A DNA stretch of 64,000 bases. Origin: Acidimicrobiia bacterium (lineage in GTDB: Bacteria; Actinomycetota; Acidimicrobiia; Spongiisociales; ZC4RG35). The notes under the pieces are model-generated. The model saw only the letters and a list, made by a program, of their open reading frames with translations, searched no databases and was not told the origin of the DNA. The stretch is taken from the NCBI GenBank assembly GCA_965215185.1, contig OZ244034.1, positions 192,001-256,000 of the forward strand. The letters run 5' to 3'. How positions within the stretch are numbered: the first letter of the stretch is position 1; every line of letters begins with the position of its first letter. The position numbers were made by a program, and so were the translations under genes. Of this stretch, positions 60,255 through 64,000 are shown piece after piece.

Positions 60255-60736
60255 GTGCTAGGTCTCTACACACTGCCCTGGTGTTGAGGACGTGACCCAA
60301 ATCAGGACAGCAAATACTGTGGAGCCAGTCATGGTCCGCCTATGAAACTCTTACAGTGTTGCTCTTTGTTGCCACGGTCGTACCCTTGGCTGAGGTGACG
60401 GGCTGGATCGATTGGCGCAGGTGCAGTCTTTTGCAGCGGCCACAACGCCTCGCAGCGATTCTGGTGTTGGTGAGCGTCACTTGTGGTACGCATGACTGAC
60501 CGGCCGTCTAGTGCGGATCACAGGTCCGGCTTGTAAGCGTCGAACTGACAAGCGGATGGTTGCCACAGGGAGAATTCACAGGCGAGAACATCACCAGTCC
60601 GATTCTCGCGCTGCGACGTGGCCCACCGAATGCTTGGTATACGAATCCCTTCTGCGCTGTGACATTACCCTGAGCGTTTGACCGGCGTTACGAAACTGCG
60701 GAGATATTCCTGAGTTCCTCAACCCCGCGACGATCT

Positions 60737-61315
60737 CTATCGCTGGGCGCGCTTCTTCCTAATGAGAGCCTGGTTCTGCCTTACCACACCGGTAACGCTC
60801 AATCTGTACCGGGCCATCTTTTCGCTGACACCGTACTTCTTGGCTACATCTTTCGCTCCTGACCCCTTACGGACTTCCGCCAAGAGCAACGCTCTGGGCA
60901 GAAGGAGGCATCCAGACAACCAGCCAGCCTCTTCCTCCTGAGTCAGGTCACAAGAAAGAAAGGTGATATCGCCAAGCCGCTCAACACGGCTCAAATTGTG
61001 GTCGAGGAGAACATGTGCTAGTTCGTGGGCGACATCGCTCCTCTGGCGCGACTTTGCCGATAGAGGGTTGTATACAACGACCGCTCGATCAGGCGAAGGC
61101 TGAAGCGTGCATGCAGAGAAGGAATTGGGCTGGATGTTTTCGAGTTCGTTGAAACGTTCTCGCGGTATCAACTCGTCTCCCGCTCGGACCTCAATACCCA
61201 GCAGCTTCGCAAGAGCTTCAGGCTCAACGGACTGAGCGGCCTTCATCCCCAGTTCCGTTCGCACATCCCTTGCGATTCTCTCCGCTTCGGACTTAAACCC
61301 TCTGCGCAGGGCCAT
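60737..61315 (-). CDS. ImmA/IrrE-family metallopeptidase
   Basis: RRGFKSEAE, RQRSDVAHELAH (HExxH), QEEEA.WL.G.LLLPR. Confidence 0.92.
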   Translation of the reverse strand: MALRRGFKSEAERIARDVRTELGMKAAQSVEPEALAKLLGIEVRAGDELIPRERFNELENIQPNSFSACTLQPSPDRAVVVYNPLSAKSRQRSDVAHELAHVLLDHNLSRVERLGDITFLSCDLTQEEEAGWLSGCLLLPRALLLAEVRKGSGAKDVAKKYGVSEKMARYRLSVTGVVRQNQALIRKKRAQR

Positions 61316-61772
61316 GAGCGGCCTCCTCCATGAGGGCTTGATTCAGATCGCTCAGCAAAGCCCCTAGAGCGCGGGCCGCGTCAGGGCGGAAGGTCTTCGC
61401 AGCCCGCAGGTGTACAGCAGCGATCTCCTGGGGGCGCGCCAGAGCCTGGTAGAGGTCGCCGACGATGCCTGCGATCCGTTCCGCGGCTTCAGGGGGGAGG
61501 TTGCGGTCTGCACGCAGGTGCTCAGCGATTACATCGGGGGTCGCAGTTGCCTTCTGCTGAATTTCAAAGAATTGATTGATATCGGCGCCGCACCACTCGA
61601 CAAGGCGCTTGAATTTAGGAAGGTCTGGTACGTGTCCCTTCTCGACCCGTGCCAGAGTATTGAAGGGGATTCCTAGGGCAAAAGCGGCTTCTCGGAGGCT
61701 CATCCCTCTCCGGTTTCGCTCGGCTAGGACAAGGCGGCCTAGGTCGCTGAGTTCAAGCTTGCCTGCGTTCAT
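61293..61772 (-). CDS. XRE-family HTH repressor
   Basis: R.RRGMSLREAA..LGI...TL.RVEKG..PD HTH and a HLRADRNL...A...IA segment; overlaps the peptidase start. Confidence 0.9.
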   Translation of the reverse strand: MNAGKLELSDLGRLVLAERNRRGMSLREAAFALGIPFNTLARVEKGHVPDLPKFKRLVEWCGADINQFFEIQQKATATPDVIAEHLRADRNLPPEAAERIAGIVGDLYQALARPQEIAAVHLRAAKTFRPDAARALGALLSDLNQALMEEAAHGPAQRV

Positions 61773-61790
61773 CCATTTTGCCCCTTGTGC

Positions 61791-61874
61791 GTATACTGGT
61801 ACAGTGTACTGATAGTGATCGACAAGGCGTCGGTCACAGTACCGCAAATGGTACTTTGAAGGTTCTTTGGAACC
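61791..61874. promoter_or_regulatory. Palindromic candidate operators in the divergent promoter
   Basis: GTATACT-ggtac-AGTGTAC (61791-61809), AGTACC-gcaaat-GGTACT (61838-61855), GGTTC-tttg-GAACC (61861-61874). Confidence 0.5.
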
Positions 61875-61892
61875 TAGAAAGGAGTCTGGACA

Positions 61893-62162
61893 ATGGTTGC
61901 AGACAAAGACAAAGTCACGATTGTCGTGAACGGGAGAAAGAGGGTAGTCCCTTCAAAAGATCTCTCCTCTGATGGAGAGATCTCCTTCAAGCGGGTCGTT
62001 AGCCTAGCGTTCGACCCACCGCCCTTCGGTCCATACATCGTGTTCACGGTGAGTTACCGGAACAGTGCGGGGAGGCCGCCAGACGGAAGGCTGATTGCGG
62101 GCCAGAGTGTGAAGATCCAGGACGGGACTGTTTTCAATGTCTCTTTCACTGATAAGTCGTAG
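61893..62162 (+). CDS. Ubiquitin-like (multiubiquitin / beta-grasp) protein
   Basis: VTIVVNGR...ISF..VV.LAF...FTV.Y...L..GQSVKI.DG.VFNV..TDKS pattern; AAGGAG RBS. Confidence 0.85.
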   Translation: MVADKDKVTIVVNGRKRVVPSKDLSSDGEISFKRVVSLAFDPPPFGPYIVFTVSYRNSAGRPPDGRLIAGQSVKIQDGTVFNVSFTDKS

Positions 62163-63309
62163 CGCCGACCTCAAGCTCCTTGAAGACGAGGGCTACGAAG
62201 TGGAGGTGCGCTCCGACTACCTGCTCTTGAACTCCATCCCCTACGTCACCGAAGCCAGAGCCATCAGGTACGGGACTCTCGTTTCTGAGTTGAGCTTGAC
62301 GGTAGACGCCACCACGATGCCGAGCACGCATGTCGTGATGTTCGCCGGAGAGATGCCTTGCGACCCAAAAGGGCGCCCTTTGACCCAGATCAGTCACTCC
62401 AGTGATAGGCAGGAGCTTGCTGAAGGCTTAGTCGTGAACTACAGCTTCTCAAGCAAACCGCCTGGAGGCTATGCGGACTACTACCAGAAGATGACCACCT
62501 ACGAGGCCATCATTTCCGGGCCAGCCCAGTCGATTGACGCGAGTGTCACCGCTCGAACCTTTTCTGTGGTCGAGGCTCAGGACGAGGACTCCGTGTTCAA
62601 GTACATGGATACAGCGTCGACCCGTGCCCGAATCGGCCCCATAACTGGAAAGCTAAAGATCGGCGCGGTAGCAATCATAGGGCTGGGGGGGACAGGTTCA
62701 TACATACTCGACCTGGTGGCGAAGACACCGGTGAGGGAAATCCACCTGTTCGATGGCGACAAGTTTGGACAGCACAACGCCTTCCGGTCGCCAGGAGCGC
62801 CGTCCATCGAAACGCTGAAGGCCGCACCACAGAAAGCCTCTCATTACAGAGACATTTACTCCGAGATGCGGCGCAACATCGTCGCCCACGGATACGTGGA
62901 TGAATCAGTGGTGGAGCGCCTGCGGGCTATGGACTTCGTCTTCATAGCGGTCGATAAGGGTCGCCCCAGGAGGCTCGTAGTGGAGAAACTGGAGGAATTC
63001 GGCGTGCCGTTCATAGACGTTGGGATGGGCGTGGACGAAGTTGAGGGTTCGCTGCTGGGCCAATTGAGAGTGACTGCGAGCACGGACCGGTCTCGTGACC
63101 AAGTGCGCTCGACACTCCCTATTTCAGACCGCGACGACGAAGACGACTACTCCCGCAACATTCAGATCGCTGATCTCAACGCACTGAACGCGGCTCTGGC
63201 CGTGATCAAGTGGAAGAAACTTTGCGGATTCTATGCCGACCTTGAGAAGGAGCACACGAGCTTGTACCAGATTGACGGCAACTACCTGATCAACGAGGAC
63301 AAGGTGTGA
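62137..63309 (+). CDS. E2-like (DUF6791-type) domain fused to a ThiF/E1 adenylyltransferase
   Basis: N-terminal DL..L..EGY.V......LL...IPY (E2 family E-like), FSSKP..GY.DYY.K. C-terminal IIGLGGTGS, FDGD, HNAFR, PFID.GMG, NIQIADLN. Confidence 0.88.
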   Translation: MSLSLISRSADLKLLEDEGYEVEVRSDYLLLNSIPYVTEARAIRYGTLVSELSLTVDATTMPSTHVVMFAGEMPCDPKGRPLTQISHSSDRQELAEGLVVNYSFSSKPPGGYADYYQKMTTYEAIISGPAQSIDASVTARTFSVVEAQDEDSVFKYMDTASTRARIGPITGKLKIGAVAIIGLGGTGSYILDLVAKTPVREIHLFDGDKFGQHNAFRSPGAPSIETLKAAPQKASHYRDIYSEMRRNIVAHGYVDESVVERLRAMDFVFIAVDKGRPRRLVVEKLEEFGVPFIDVGMGVDEVEGSLLGQLRVTASTDRSRDQVRSTLPISDRDDEDDYSRNIQIADLNALNAALAVIKWKKLCGFYADLEKEHTSLYQIDGNYLINEDKV

Positions 63310-63710
63310 CTCGAATCAACACGCTCCGACACGAGTTTGTTGAATACATCCCAGATGCAGTGAATGAGGGCGTGTTGTACGTGTCCATGCCCTTCGCCAC
63401 AGTCGTGCACCGGTGTTGCTGTAGGTGTGGAAGCGAGGTGGTGACACCGCTGGATCCCAGCGACTGGGAGATGACGTTCGACGGGAAGTCCATCTCCCTC
63501 TACCCGTCGATTGGAAACTGGAGCCTAGCCTGCCAATCCCACTATTGGATCCATCGCAACCAGGTCCGGTGGGCTCGACGCCTCTCGACATTTGAAATCA
63601 AGAAAGGCCGAGCCATCGACCGTATTAAGAAGGCATGGCTCCCCGGCTGTAAGTGGCAGTCTCTTTGGCGGGTGTTATCCAGGCGGTTCAGGCGAATGAC
63701 TAGGGGCTAG
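63306..63710 (+). CDS. DUF6527 family protein (putative Ubl peptidase)
   Basis: FVEYIP.....G.LYVS..F....H.CCC.CG..V.TPL...W...SL.PSIGNW...C.SHYWI; GTGA overlap with the E1 gene. Confidence 0.85.
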   Translation: MTRINTLRHEFVEYIPDAVNEGVLYVSMPFATVVHRCCCRCGSEVVTPLDPSDWEMTFDGKSISLYPSIGNWSLACQSHYWIHRNQVRWARRLSTFEIKKGRAIDRIKKAWLPGCKWQSLWRVLSRRFRRMTRG

Positions 63711-64000
63711 ACAGCATGGGTTATTTCTTTAGAGACTCTGTTCGGCTGTTGGCGATCACTGAAATTCGCTCATAATGGATGGTGCCCCGTTTTACGGGGC
63801 CGCCCTACCATGATGGGGGGTGACCCGTAGACCGGGGAGCGATCTGACCCAATTGAAATCTGGCGTATGAGCGTCTTTAGGGGATCTATCGGCCTGTCCC
63901 CCAAGTAGGGCGAGGTGGGCGGTTTCCAAGGGGCGCTGGGTGGCCGAGAGGACCTTACCAACCCTGCCGGATAGTTAGGCGCCCAGCCTCGGTGAAACGA

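Noticed and set aside
62137-63309. ThiF/MoeB for thiamine or molybdopterin synthesis
   Set aside because: No Zn-binding CxxC pairs, an E2-like N-domain is present, the partner lacks a GG terminus, and no cofactor genes are nearby.
1-64000. tRNA or rRNA genes
   Set aside because: None recognised by eye; tRNAscan/Infernal would be needed to exclude them.

Overview
High-GC actinobacterial DNA (gene style suggests Acidimicrobiia; a host-associated lifestyle is only an inference). 1-20 kb: mostly core metabolism, including an Fe-S-centred divergent block (acnA and a SufR-like regulator versus mrp-nuoEFG), a YihU-like reductase, a formylglycine-generating enzyme, an acyl-CoA synthetase, glpK and several pseudogenes. 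20-38.7 kb: a GntR-linked catabolic island for an unknown N-acyl/amide compound (class III aminotransferase, amidase, sugar-type ABC transporter, D-aminoacylase, BioF-like enzyme, PTER-like hydrolase, hydantoinase A/B, amidohydrolase). 38.8-47.7 kb: a LacI-controlled alpha-glucoside ABC cluster bounded by short direct repeats. 47.9-64 kb: a mobile/defence island with a tyrosine recombinase, at least four related 13-7-13 inverted-repeat sites (GATAC-N7-ATATC) that delimit cargo modules, nested IS3/ISL3/IS110 remnants, SLH surface proteins and a DUF4268 nuclease. It ends with a bacterial ubiquitin-like conjugation operon (Ubl ending in Ser, E2-like/E1 fusion, DUF6527) divergent from an HTH and ImmA/IrrE peptidase pair. 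All calls come from reading motifs by eye; no searches were run.
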